Positions 18,090 through 27,085 of a DNA stretch of 64,000 nucleotides are shown here, in pieces (the first letter of the stretch is position 1; every line of letters starts with the position of its first letter). Source of the DNA: Acidimicrobiales bacterium (GTDB lineage: Bacteria; Actinomycetota; Acidimicrobiia; Acidimicrobiales; Aldehydirespiratoraceae); assembly GCA_041394245.1 (NCBI GenBank), contig JAWKIR010000004.1, forward strand, positions 131,170 to 195,169, given 5' to 3'. Under the pieces are notes generated by a model. The model was not told where the DNA came from. It was given only the letters and a program-made list of their open reading frames with translations, and ran no database searches. A program made the translations under genes and the position numbers.

Positions 18090-18371
18090 CTACGAGGCCG
18101 ACGAGGGAGCGTGGTGCGCTTCGGCGCGGTCCGCCATGATCTCGTGGAACCCGTTGCCGATGAGCGCGCCGGCGAGCGGGCCGGTCCAGAATCCGATCAT
18201 CGCACCGACGCCGAGCGCCACGTTCCAACCACCGGACGGATCGGCGGTGTGCATCGCGACCGCGACTGCGGCGGCGATGACGAACGCGGAGCTGATCGTG
18301 GCCACGATGAAGCGATGCATGCGGAGCTTGCCGTCGTCGTCGAACAGCGGGGTGGAGCGGTTGTCGGTCAT
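18090..18371 (-). CDS. Small hypothetical membrane protein (2 predicted TM helices)
   Basis: Track ORF 18090..18407. ATG 18371 is preceded by GGAGGA. Two hydrophobic helices: FIVATISSAFVIAAAVAVA and GVGAMIGFWTGPLAGALIG. Confidence 0.55.
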   Translation of the reverse strand: MTDNRSTPLFDDDGKLRMHRFIVATISSAFVIAAAVAVAMHTADPSGGWNVALGVGAMIGFWTGPLAGALIGNGFHEIMADRAEAHHAPSSAS

Positions 18372-18431
18372 GGATCCTCCTTCGGTTCCCACTTGGATGG
18401 TGGGCATCGTCGGGAGGGGTCGGTTAGGGAC

Positions 18432-20384
18432 CTAGGTCCCGTTGTCCTCGAGTTGCTCCGCCGCGGCCGTCCACTGCTCGAGGAGCGCAGCCGCTCTCTG
18501 CTGGAGGCGCTCGTGTTCGGTGGCAAGCCGATGGACTTCCTCGGGTTGGTCGTAGATGTCGGGGTCGGCGAGCTGGTCGTGGAGTTCGGCCACGCGCGCC
18601 TCCGTCTTCTCGAGGTCCTTCTCGAGCTTGTTGACGCGCTTGCGCAGCTCCGACGAACCCTGACGGTTCGGGGCCTTCTGGCGTTGTGGCCCACCCTTGG
18701 ACCCGTCACTGCGGGCAGCCCGATCATCGGTCGAACTGTTCCCGGTCGAACCCCTGCCGGTCAGACCCTTGCCGCTGTTGACCTTGTTGGGGTCGGGTGG
18801 GGTCAAGACGTCGTCGGGCACACCGGTGTGCCAGGTGGCCGTGCCGTCGCGCACCTCGATGAGGGCATCGGCGACATTGCGGATGAGGTGGCGATCGTGG
18901 GTGACCAGGAGCACTGTGCCGGGGTAGGCGGTGAGGGCGTCCTCGAGCACGTCGCAGCTCGGCAGATCGAGATGGTTCGTCGGTTCGTCGAGCACGAGGA
19001 GATTGACCGGCTCGATCATCGTGCGGGCCAGCGCGAGTCGCGTGCGCTCGCCGCCGGAGAGGTCGCGGACGTGTCGATCGGCGGCGTCGCCCGGGAAGCC
19101 GAACGAGCCCAGCACGGTGCGCAGGTTGCGCTTGCCTGCGTCGATCCCGCCGGAGAACGCCTCGATGACCGTCTTGTCGAGATCGAGTTCGTCGGCCTGG
19201 TGTTGATGAAACGTGGCGACCGAGACGTTGTTGCCGAGCTCGGCCGTCCCGTCGGTCGCAGCGAGGTCGCCGAGGATCAGCTTGAGCAAGGTCGTCTTGC
19301 CGCCGCCGTTGGGCCCGACGAGCGCAACGGTCTGCCCCCGCTCGATCGCGAGTGACACGTGGGAGACGACGGGGACGCCGGTCTCGTAGCCGACCGTCGC
19401 GTCATGGAACTCCGCCACGGTCCGCGATGAGCGGGGAGGTTCGGGGAAGCTGAACCGGGCGATCAGCTCCTTGCGGGTCGGTACCTCGATCTTCTCGAGC
19501 TTCTCGAGGGTCTTGATGCGGCTCTGGACCTGACGGGCCTTCGTCGCCTTGTAGCGGAACCGGTCGACGAACTGCTCGACCTTCGCGATCTGGCGGGCCT
19601 GGCGCGCCGCGGCGGCCTCGATTCGTTGCAGTCGTTCCTCGCGCTGCACCACGAACTCGGCGAAGCCGCCCACGTACTCGAGGGCAGTGCCCTCGGCGAG
19701 CTCGACCACCCGGTCGGCGACGGCATCGATGAAATCGCGGTCGTGGCTGACGAAGAGGAGGGCACCGGGCCAGGTCGCGAGCTGCTGTTCGAGCCAGGCC
19801 ACGGAGTCGACGTCGAGATGGTTGGTCGGCTCGTCGAGGATGAGCACGTCGGGCTTCGCGAGCAGCAGCCGGCCCAGGGCCACACGCATCCGCCATCCAC
19901 CCGAGAGTTCGCGGACCGGCCGGTTGACCGCCGCGTCCTTGAAGCCGAGGCCGGCGAGCACCTTGTGGGCCTCGGCCTCGAGGGCGTAGCCACCCATCGC
20001 CTCGAAACGTCCCTGTACGTCGCCGTAGTCGGAGAGCACCTTGTCCTGGTCGGCCTCGGGGTCACCCATGAGCGCTTCGAGCTCGTGGAGCCGGTCGGAG
20101 AGTGCGGTGAGCTCACCGGCGCCGGCCAGCACCTCCTCCATCACCGTGCCGGTGGCGGTGTCGACGAGGTCCTGGGGCAGGTAGCCGAGCACCATGTCGC
20201 GCGGGCGCGTGATCGAGCCGGTGTCGGGATCGGCGTCGCCGACGAGGATCTCGATGAGTGACGTCTTGCCCGTGCCGTTGCCGCCGACGAGCGCGATCCG
20301 TCGCCCCGCGCTGAGCTGCAGGGTGACGTCCTCGAAGAGTGTCCGGGGACCGTAGGAGCGCGAGATTCCGCTGGCGGTCAGCAC
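18432..20384 (-). CDS. ABC-F family ATPase (Uup-like, C-terminal coiled coil)
   Basis: 650-aa ORF with no TM segments. Two Walker A motifs (GGNGTGKTS, GPNGGGKTT) and two signatures (LSGGWRMR, LSGGERTR). Basic linker plus a C-terminal coiled coil (LEKDLEKTEARVAELHDQL). Confidence 0.9.
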   Translation of the reverse strand: MLTASGISRSYGPRTLFEDVTLQLSAGRRIALVGGNGTGKTSLIEILVGDADPDTGSITRPRDMVLGYLPQDLVDTATGTVMEEVLAGAGELTALSDRLHELEALMGDPEADQDKVLSDYGDVQGRFEAMGGYALEAEAHKVLAGLGFKDAAVNRPVRELSGGWRMRVALGRLLLAKPDVLILDEPTNHLDVDSVAWLEQQLATWPGALLFVSHDRDFIDAVADRVVELAEGTALEYVGGFAEFVVQREERLQRIEAAAARQARQIAKVEQFVDRFRYKATKARQVQSRIKTLEKLEKIEVPTRKELIARFSFPEPPRSSRTVAEFHDATVGYETGVPVVSHVSLAIERGQTVALVGPNGGGKTTLLKLILGDLAATDGTAELGNNVSVATFHQHQADELDLDKTVIEAFSGGIDAGKRNLRTVLGSFGFPGDAADRHVRDLSGGERTRLALARTMIEPVNLLVLDEPTNHLDLPSCDVLEDALTAYPGTVLLVTHDRHLIRNVADALIEVRDGTATWHTGVPDDVLTPPDPNKVNSGKGLTGRGSTGNSSTDDRAARSDGSKGGPQRQKAPNRQGSSELRKRVNKLEKDLEKTEARVAELHDQLADPDIYDQPEEVHRLATEHERLQQRAAALLEQWTAAAEQLEDNGT

Positions 20385-20390
20385 TGCGAC

Positions 20391-21215
20391 TCAGGAGAAG
20401 TAGGTCTCGAGCGCGGCTTCGGCCTCGTGTGCGGCGCTCGGCTCGGGGGTGACGGCTTCGAGCGCTCCGAGCCAGGTGAGCGACGCATAGCCGTCCATGA
20501 CCGCGCCGGTGTCGTCGCTCGACGGTGTCTGGAGTGCATCACCCCACGACATCTCGACGTGGAACGCGCCGTCGTGCCCCTTCTTCGGGGTGAGCGACGC
20601 CTGGGCCATGGACCGGGGAGGCGCGGTGCCGACATCGGTCCGGCGCCAGCCCTTCATCTCGGCGGCGGGGAGGTTGGGCACGTTGATGTTGGCGACGACG
20701 GGTTGGGTGGGCAGGTCGGCGAGGAGCTGCTCGACCACGACGGCGGCGACATCGGCGGCCCCCTGCCACTGCTGGTTCTCGAGCACCGCCTCCATCGCCT
20801 GCCCCTCGACCCCCCAGGAGTCGACCGACTGGCTGACGGCGACGGCGCTGATGCCACCGTTGCGGGCGGTGAGGCAGGCGCCGACGGTGCCGGAGTGGTA
20901 GACGCTGCGTCCGACGTTGGCGCCCGGGTTGATGCCCGACACGACCAGGTCGATGTCGCCGAAGGCCCCGAGACGGGCGAACATCGCACACAGCGCCGGA
21001 GCGCCGGTGACTGCCCACGCTTCGTCGATCCCGTCGATGTGCGTGCGATGCACTTCGGGCTTCATCAGCCAGATCGAACCGATGGCCGCGCCATATCCCG
21101 AGTACTCCTCGTCGGGGGCGGCGATCACCACATCGCCGAACGGTTTCATGGCCCGGGCGAGCACATGGAGTCCGATCGAGTCGATGCCGTCGTCGTTGGT
21201 CACCAGAATTCGCAC
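20391..21215 (-). CDS. surE: 5'/3'-nucleotidase SurE
   Basis: 274-aa ORF with a GTG start, opening MRILVTNDDGIDSIGL. Also GINPGANVGRSVYHSGTVGA. Confidence 0.9.
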   Translation of the reverse strand: MRILVTNDDGIDSIGLHVLARAMKPFGDVVIAAPDEEYSGYGAAIGSIWLMKPEVHRTHIDGIDEAWAVTGAPALCAMFARLGAFGDIDLVVSGINPGANVGRSVYHSGTVGACLTARNGGISAVAVSQSVDSWGVEGQAMEAVLENQQWQGAADVAAVVVEQLLADLPTQPVVANINVPNLPAAEMKGWRRTDVGTAPPRSMAQASLTPKKGHDGAFHVEMSWGDALQTPSSDDTGAVMDGYASLTWLGALEAVTPEPSAAHEAEAALETYFS

Positions 21216-21259
21216 CCGCTGACCCTATCGGTGTGCCGTTGGCGCGAGATGACTCCCGG

Positions 21260-21985
21260 TTACGTCAGGGTTGCCGAGAGACGAACGAGTCCCGCGAAGT
21301 GGGCGATGGCACCGATCACGACCATCAGATGCCAGACTTCGTGGTAGCCGAAGACCCGGGGCCACAGGTCGAGATGTCGTCCGGCGAGGATCACGCCGCC
21401 GACGGTGTAGACCAGCCCGCCGGCCAGTACCGCACCGAAAACGAGCGGGTCGTCGGCCCGGATGAGGAAGGGGACCATCGCGATTCCCGTCCATCCGAGT
21501 GCCACGTAGAGTCGGCTGCTCGCGGCACCGGCCAGGGTGAGGCGGCTGAGCTTGTGGATCATGCCGGCTCCGGCGAGCAGCCAGACGGTGATGATCGCCA
21601 CGGTGGCGACGACCGGGGGAGCGACGAGCATCCAGTAGGCGGTCTGGGCCCCGGCGATCGCGGCATGGATCATCGCATGGTCGAGGCGGCGCGTTGCGAG
21701 CTTGCGTTCGAATGTGTGGGAATGGCAGTGGTAGGTGGCCGACGCCGAAAGCATCGCGATGGTCGATCCCGTGAAGATGGCCAGCGCGACGCGGGAGGCG
21801 GCGGTGGGTGCGTCGAGGCCGGCGACGGTCCCCGCGAGGGCGAGCGGGGCGACGGCGATCTCGTGGATCCGGCCCCGAAGGCGGGGCACGGGGAGACCGT
21901 CGATACCCAGGCGACACACGGGCGTCGTGATTCCGCGGGACCGGTGCGGCGCCGTCGTCTCGAGCTGCGTCGAGCGCGAAGTCAT
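21260..21985 (-). CDS. Hemolysin III / PAQR-family membrane protein
   Basis: Track ORF 21260..21991 begins at a TTG; ATG 21985 is preferred. Seven TM segments. Motifs PRLRGRIHE, ATYHC and FGYHEVWHLMVVIGAIAHF. Confidence 0.8.
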   Translation of the reverse strand: MTSRSTQLETTAPHRSRGITTPVCRLGIDGLPVPRLRGRIHEIAVAPLALAGTVAGLDAPTAASRVALAIFTGSTIAMLSASATYHCHSHTFERKLATRRLDHAMIHAAIAGAQTAYWMLVAPPVVATVAIITVWLLAGAGMIHKLSRLTLAGAASSRLYVALGWTGIAMVPFLIRADDPLVFGAVLAGGLVYTVGGVILAGRHLDLWPRVFGYHEVWHLMVVIGAIAHFAGLVRLSATLT

Positions 21986-22078
21986 GGCCAAGGCTCGGCT
22001 GTTTCGACGTGACTATGAGGGGCGTTGTCGCGTCGGCGGTCTCACTGTTCTCTCACCATCGTGTGCGACGCTGGTCGC

Positions 22079-22756
22079 GTGCCCACCATCCTGATCGCCG
22101 AGGACGACCGTCGAGTTCGCGACAGCCTCGATCGGGCACTCCAGCTGGAGGGCTACGAGGTGGTCACGGCGAACGACGGCGCCCGAGCCCTCGAGCTGCA
22201 ACGCGACCGTCGCGCCGACCTGTTGCTGCTCGACGTGTCGATGCCCAACGTCGATGGGCTCACCGTGTGTCGGACGATCCGGGCGCGAGGCGATGACACG
22301 CCGATCCTGATGCTCACCGCTCGTCACGAGGTCGGCGATCGCGTGGCGGGGCTCGATGCCGGAGCCGACGATTATCTCGTCAAGCCGTTCGCCCTCGAAG
22401 AGCTGCTGGCGCGGGTTCGCGCTCGGCTACGCAGCGCGGTCGTGGACGACGGCGGCCTGTCATTGGGCGACCTGGTGATGGACCTCGAAGGTCGGCGGGT
22501 CGACCGTGGCGGTCGGGTCCTCGATCTGAGCCGAACGGAGTTCGACCTCCTCGAGGTGCTGGTGCGCAATGCCGGAGTCGTGCTCGGCCGGGATGTGCTC
22601 TACGAGCGCGTGTGGGGTGGTGAGCTCGACTCCGAGTCGAAGACGCTCGACGTCTATGTGGGGTATCTGCGCAAGAAGCTCGAGGCGGACGGCGGTTCGC
22701 GTCTGGTCCACACCGTCCGCGGGTTGGGTTACGTCGCCCGGGAGGGCGAGCAATGA
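22079..22756 (+). CDS. OmpR/PhoB-family response regulator
   Basis: Track ORF 22025..22756, with start placed at GTG 22079 (VPTILIAEDD). Receiver residues DLLLLDVSMP and LMLTA. Winged-helix output domain: LTRTEFDLLEVL, VYVGYLRKKL, VRGLGYV. Confidence 0.9.
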   Translation: MPTILIAEDDRRVRDSLDRALQLEGYEVVTANDGARALELQRDRRADLLLLDVSMPNVDGLTVCRTIRARGDDTPILMLTARHEVGDRVAGLDAGADDYLVKPFALEELLARVRARLRSAVVDDGGLSLGDLVMDLEGRRVDRGGRVLDLSRTEFDLLEVLVRNAGVVLGRDVLYERVWGGELDSESKTLDVYVGYLRKKLEADGGSRLVHTVRGLGYVAREGEQ

Positions 22757-22786
22757 GTACCGTCGCCCGGGAGGGCGAGCAGTGAG
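22732..22786 (+). repeat. Tandem duplication (29-nt period) at the response-regulator / histidine-kinase junction
   Basis: cgtcgcccgggagggcgagcaAtgag (22732..22757) and cgtcgcccgggagggcgagcaGtgag (22761..22786): 25/26 identical. Confidence 0.9.
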
Positions 22787-24179
22787 CTTGCGGGTTCGGA
22801 TCGTCGTGGTGGTCGCGGTGGTCGTCGCTGCGGTCGTGCTCGTGGTCGGGGTGTTCGTGCATCGCAGCACCCAGTCGGCGCTGGTGGGTGAGATCGATGC
22901 CGATCTGGTGGGGCGGGCCGAGGCGCTGCGCCCGGAAGGTGCGCAGGCGCGGCCGATCTCGGACGAGGACCTGGCGCGGCTCCAGCAGTTCGAGCGTTTC
23001 GGGGATCTCGGTTCTCGTCTCCGAGGTGGCCGCACCGATCCCTTCGGGCGGACGGTGGGGTTCGATGTGTTGGCGCGGGTGCTCGACGAGTCGGGTGAGG
23101 TCCGGTTGGTCCTCGACGCCGCGTTCGACGCGGCGACCGACCCGGCGCTCCTGGAGCAGGCGCGTTCGGGTCCGGTGTTGTCGAACGGCACGGCTGCCGA
23201 CGGCGACGTCAGGGTGGTCACGAGGTCGTTGCCGAATCTGGGTTTCGTCCAGTACGCGCGTTCGCTCGACGAGGTCGACGCCGTGCTCGCGTCGCTGAGG
23301 GCGCGGACGCTCGCGATCGGTCTGGCCGCGATCCTCGGGGCCGGGATCGTGGCGTGGTTCCTGGCCGGGCGGACGGTGCGGCCGATCACGGAGCTCACCG
23401 AGGCGACCGAGTACGTGGCCCGCACCGGTGACCTCGATCGGGGGGTGGCGGCGACATCGGGTGGGGACGAGGTCGGGCGGCTGTCGGCGAGCTTCACGTC
23501 GATGCTCGATGCGCTGTCGTCGTCGCGGCGCCAGCAGCGCCAGCTGGTGATGGACGCGTCGCACGAACTGCGCACCCCGCTGACGAGCCTGCGGACCAAT
23601 GTCGACGTGCTGCGACGCGGCCATGTGCTGTCGGACGAGGATCGTGATGCGGTCGTCGCCGATCTCGATGCGGAGCTCGGTGAGCTGAGCGATCTCGTGG
23701 CCGAGCTCGTCGATCTCGCCACCGACGTGCGCGATGACGAGGACCTGGCCCCCCTCACGCTGTCGGAGGTGGCGGAGACGGTCGTCGAGCGGGCCCGGCG
23801 ACGTACCGGCCGGGAGATCGACGTCGTCACGACGCGCTCCGTGGTGGTCGAGGCCCGTCCCGATGCGATCGCGCGTGCGGTGCGAAACCTGGTCGACAAC
23901 GCGGCGAAGTTCTCACCTCCCGGGTCGCCGATCCGCGTGGAGGTCGACGCCGGCCGACTGACGGTTCACGACCGCGGTCCCGGGATTCCCGAAGAGGACC
24001 GGGATCGGATCTTCGACCGGTTCCACCGTCTCGAGTCGAGCCGGACGCTGCCGGGTTCCGGGCTGGGCCTCGCGATCGTGCGCCAGGTCGCCGACGCCCA
24101 CGGTGGTTCGGTGTTCGCCGGGCCATCACCCGACGGCGGCGCCGCCATCGGTCTCGTGATCCCGACCGTCGACGGATGA
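22782..24179 (+). CDS. Sensor histidine kinase (TM-ectodomain-TM-HAMP-HisKA-HATPase)
   Basis: Frame of track ORF 22569..24179. Start at GTG 22782 (VSLRVRIVVVVAVVVAAVVLVV). H-box MDASHELRTPLTSL, N-box VDNAAKFSPPGSPI, G1 DRGPGIPEEDRDRIFDRFHR, G2 GSGLGLAIV. Confidence 0.9.
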   Translation: MSLRVRIVVVVAVVVAAVVLVVGVFVHRSTQSALVGEIDADLVGRAEALRPEGAQARPISDEDLARLQQFERFGDLGSRLRGGRTDPFGRTVGFDVLARVLDESGEVRLVLDAAFDAATDPALLEQARSGPVLSNGTAADGDVRVVTRSLPNLGFVQYARSLDEVDAVLASLRARTLAIGLAAILGAGIVAWFLAGRTVRPITELTEATEYVARTGDLDRGVAATSGGDEVGRLSASFTSMLDALSSSRRQQRQLVMDASHELRTPLTSLRTNVDVLRRGHVLSDEDRDAVVADLDAELGELSDLVAELVDLATDVRDDEDLAPLTLSEVAETVVERARRRTGREIDVVTTRSVVVEARPDAIARAVRNLVDNAAKFSPPGSPIRVEVDAGRLTVHDRGPGIPEEDRDRIFDRFHRLESSRTLPGSGLGLAIVRQVADAHGGSVFAGPSPDGGAAIGLVIPTVDG

Positions 24180-24200
24180 CCGTGTGATAAGCCACCGGCG

Positions 24201-25514
24201 ATGCCCGATCGTCGCAGCGTGCTGTTCATACTCGCCGACCAACTCCAGGCGTTCGCGCTCGGATGCATGGGCCACCCGGAGATCCGCACGCCCAATCTCG
24301 ACGCGCTGGCTGCGGGTGGTGCGCTCTTCCGCAATGCCTATGTGGAGTTCCCCGTCTGCACCCAGTACCGAGGGGTGCTCATGACGGGTCGCTATGGCGC
24401 AGAGACCGGGATCACGTCGTTCCTGCAGGGCCCGGAGCCGGGCACCCGGTGCCTGGCCGACGCGTTGAACGATCACGGCCTGTGGACGAGCTATGTCGGC
24501 AAGTGGCACCTGTACGAGTTCTACGACATGGCGGTGCGTCGCGAGCAGCGTTGCGGCTTCACCCGCTTCGTCGGCTACCAGAGCCACAACGACTATCTCG
24601 AGGGGATCCGGTTCTGGGACGAGGACGAGATCTGTCGCGAGTTCGTCGGTGGGCACCGCACCCGGGTCACTGCCGACATCGCGATCGAACGCCTGCGGGA
24701 GATCCCTGCGGAACGGGACTTCGGCCTGTTCGTGAGTTTCCTCAGCCCGCATTACCCGCTCCAGCCCGATCCCGCCTTCGAGGCGATGTATCGCGGCGTC
24801 GAGATCTCGTTGCGCGACAACGTCACGTCGCCCGAGCAGGTGTTCACACCCACCTACAGCCCGGCCAGTCCGCAGCCGATCGAGACCGATCCCAACTACC
24901 ACCGCTACGGCACATCGCTCGGATTGTTCTGGCAGCAGTATGCGGCGATGGTCACCCAACTCGATCACGAGGTCGGTCGTATCCTCCGGGAACTGCGCAG
25001 CTTGGGTCGTGACGAGGAGACGCTCGTGATCTTCACGAGCGACCATGGCGAGATGGGCGGCAGCCACGGCGCGATGAACAAGGGCCGATGGGAGGAGGAG
25101 TCGACCCGCGTTCCCATGATCGTGCGGGCACCGGGCGCGCCGATCGCCGCTGCGATCGACACGCCGGTCGCGGCAGGCGTCGACATCCTGCCCACCGTTT
25201 TGGACTGGCTGGACGCCCCCGCCGAGCCGTCGGCGTCGGGATCGTCGATCATGGCGATGGTCCGGTCCGGAGCGAATCGACCCCACCATCCGGTGTTCTC
25301 GGAGATGGCGGGCGGCAACGACTGGACGATGGTGCGCGACGGTGACTGGAAGTTCGTCGCCGCACGTGGTTCGGGCGACGCGATCGCCCTGCACAACCTG
25401 GCCGAGGATCCGTTCGAGCTCGACAACCGGCTGGCCGACGACCCGGCCGTGCGCATCGACCTCGAGGCGCGGCTGGACGAGTGGCGGTCCCGTGTCGGGT
25501 TGCCGGCGACCTGA
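24201..25514 (+). CDS. Sulfatase-like hydrolase (alkaline-phosphatase superfamily) with atypical active-site motif
   Basis: 437-aa ORF. Strings LFILADQL, RTPNLDALAAGGALFRNAY, FTSDHGEMGG and ILPTVLDWL are sulfatase-family patterns. The nucleophile region reads PVCTQYRGVLMTGRY rather than C-x-P-x-R. Confidence 0.75.
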   Translation: MPDRRSVLFILADQLQAFALGCMGHPEIRTPNLDALAAGGALFRNAYVEFPVCTQYRGVLMTGRYGAETGITSFLQGPEPGTRCLADALNDHGLWTSYVGKWHLYEFYDMAVRREQRCGFTRFVGYQSHNDYLEGIRFWDEDEICREFVGGHRTRVTADIAIERLREIPAERDFGLFVSFLSPHYPLQPDPAFEAMYRGVEISLRDNVTSPEQVFTPTYSPASPQPIETDPNYHRYGTSLGLFWQQYAAMVTQLDHEVGRILRELRSLGRDEETLVIFTSDHGEMGGSHGAMNKGRWEEESTRVPMIVRAPGAPIAAAIDTPVAAGVDILPTVLDWLDAPAEPSASGSSIMAMVRSGANRPHHPVFSEMAGGNDWTMVRDGDWKFVAARGSGDAIALHNLAEDPFELDNRLADDPAVRIDLEARLDEWRSRVGLPAT

Positions 25515-25518
25515 GCGC

Positions 25519-26178
25519 TCAGGAGCCGCCCGTCGGTCCCGCCCACGCTCGGATGGCGGCGAAGTGGTCGAGTTCGGCTTGGCGACGGGCGCGTCGGCGT
25601 CGGTCGCCGCCCCGCAGCCAGGTCGCGAGGTCGCGGGCGATGTCCGCCGTCGGGCCGTAGAGCCGCCAGGGCACGTCGTCATGGGTGAAGTCGATGACGT
25701 CGTCGTGGAAGTCGCGGCCCTCGATGTGGACCCGCAGCGTCTCGTGGTGCGCGTCGTCGGTGATCGCAGCGAGCGGGACCACGGCAGCCGCGCTCACCTC
25801 GGCTTCCCGGGGACGTAGGGCGATCGGTCCTCTGGTCGAGGCGACGATCGGCACGATGCGGAACCCGGCGCCGTTCCACGTCTCGTCGAGGCGTCCGTGA
25901 ATGCTGATGCGGGCCGCGCTGATGCCGACCTCCTCCTCACACTCGCGTCGGGCCGTGTCCTCGGGGGATTCTCCCGGGTCGATTCGCCCACCCGGGAAGG
26001 CGACGAATCCCGGATCGGTGCGCAGGTCCGCGCTGCGCCGAGTCAGCACGATGCCGGGGACACCGCCGGGCTCGTGCACGACGAGCAGCAGCACGGCGGC
26101 GTCGCCTCGGGGGAACGGAGCGGTGAGTCGCTCCGGGGTGCGTCCGGCCAGGGCGTGGAGGCGATCAGGGAGGCGCAC
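25519..26178 (-). CDS. NUDIX hydrolase, CoA-pyrophosphatase-like
   Basis: Track ORF 25519..26247. Nudix box GGRIDPGESPEDTARRECEEEVGI, preceded by VLTRRSADLRTDPGFVAFPGG (NuCoA-like). Start moved to GTG 26178 because ATG 26247 lies inside a 12-bp perfect hairpin. The 26247 alternative remains possible. Confidence 0.7.
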   Translation of the reverse strand: MRLPDRLHALAGRTPERLTAPFPRGDAAVLLLVVHEPGGVPGIVLTRRSADLRTDPGFVAFPGGRIDPGESPEDTARRECEEEVGISAARISIHGRLDETWNGAGFRIVPIVASTRGPIALRPREAEVSAAAVVPLAAITDDAHHETLRVHIEGRDFHDDVIDFTHDDVPWRLYGPTADIARDLATWLRGGDRRRRARRQAELDHFAAIRAWAGPTGGS

Positions 26179-26220
26179 CCGTGCAACGTAAGCCCTCGGT
26201 CGATCCGGGGCACACGCGAA

Positions 26221-26248
26221 GATGCCGGGACCCGAAGGTCCCGGCATC
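26221..26248 (-). terminator. Perfect 12-bp-stem hairpin downstream of secreted-protein gene 26272..26910
   Basis: GATGCCGGGACC-CGAA-GGTCCCGGCATC, 24 nt past the stop at 26272. Confidence 0.5.
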
Positions 26249-26271
26249 CCGGCTGGGCGGATCAGTCCGAC

Positions 26272-26910
26272 TCAGGCGTCGGCATCCGGCACGGCGATGT
26301 CGCCGCCGACCTCGCCACGGGGGCCTCCGCGGCCACGGCGACCTTCGAAGCTCACGTCGCCGTTGACGAGGTCTTCGGCCCGCTGTTCGGCATTGGCAAG
26401 GATCTCGTCGGCCTTCTCTTGGTCGATGCGACCGTTCTCGAGAGCGCCGGACACCCGCTCCTCGGCGGCATCGACGAGCGCGTCGATCAGGTCCTGGGTG
26501 TCGACGCCCTGAGCGGCGGCGACATCGGCGAGTGACTGGCCGCCGGCGATGGCATCGCGGAGTTCGCTCTGATCGAGGCCGAGGATTCCGGCGATGTCGG
26601 CGCCACCCTCGAACCCGTGCCGGCCACCATGCTCGCGCATGCCGCCTTCGGGGCGGGCGGCGAGGAGGGTCTCGACGACGGCATCGAGCTGGGCTTGGGT
26701 GATGGTGCCGTCGTCGACGAGACCCTGGAGCGCCTCGGTGATGCGGTCGCCGGCTTCCGGACGAACGGTCTCTTCGACCGCATCCGGGGCGTCGACGTCG
26801 TCCTGCGCGCCTGCCAGGCCGGGGGCGAGGAGGGTGGCGCCGGCGAGCGCTCCACCGAGGGTCGATGCAACGGCGGCGGTGGCGAGGGTCTTGTTCTGCA
26901 TGGTGATCAT
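26272..26910 (-). CDS. Secreted helical-repeat protein of unknown function (DUF2680-like pattern)
   Basis: C-terminal 213 codons of track ORF 26272..27276. ATG 26910 (or 26901) opens MITMQNKTLATAAVASTLGGALAGATLLAPGLAGA, a signal peptide. Repeated D-G-x-I-T/D-Q-x-Q/K-x-D helices (DDGTITQAQLDAV, NGRIDQEKADEIL). Gly/Arg-rich acidic tail. Confidence 0.6.
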   Translation of the reverse strand: MITMQNKTLATAAVASTLGGALAGATLLAPGLAGAQDDVDAPDAVEETVRPEAGDRITEALQGLVDDGTITQAQLDAVVETLLAARPEGGMREHGGRHGFEGGADIAGILGLDQSELRDAIAGGQSLADVAAAQGVDTQDLIDALVDAAEERVSGALENGRIDQEKADEILANAEQRAEDLVNGDVSFEGRRGRGGPRGEVGGDIAVPDADA

Positions 26911-27085
26911 GTTCCTGTTCTGGGTTGGGCTGATCCGGGGGGATCGGGTTGGGTTGCCTCTCTGGGAACACACTGTGGTGAGCCGAGGTAAGAGCTTCGA
27001 GAGATCGATCCGCGTTTTCTGCCAGGAATCTGTGAGGAACGTGTGAGTAGGGCCGTGCTCGCGGCCAGCTCCTACACTTTCGGCC

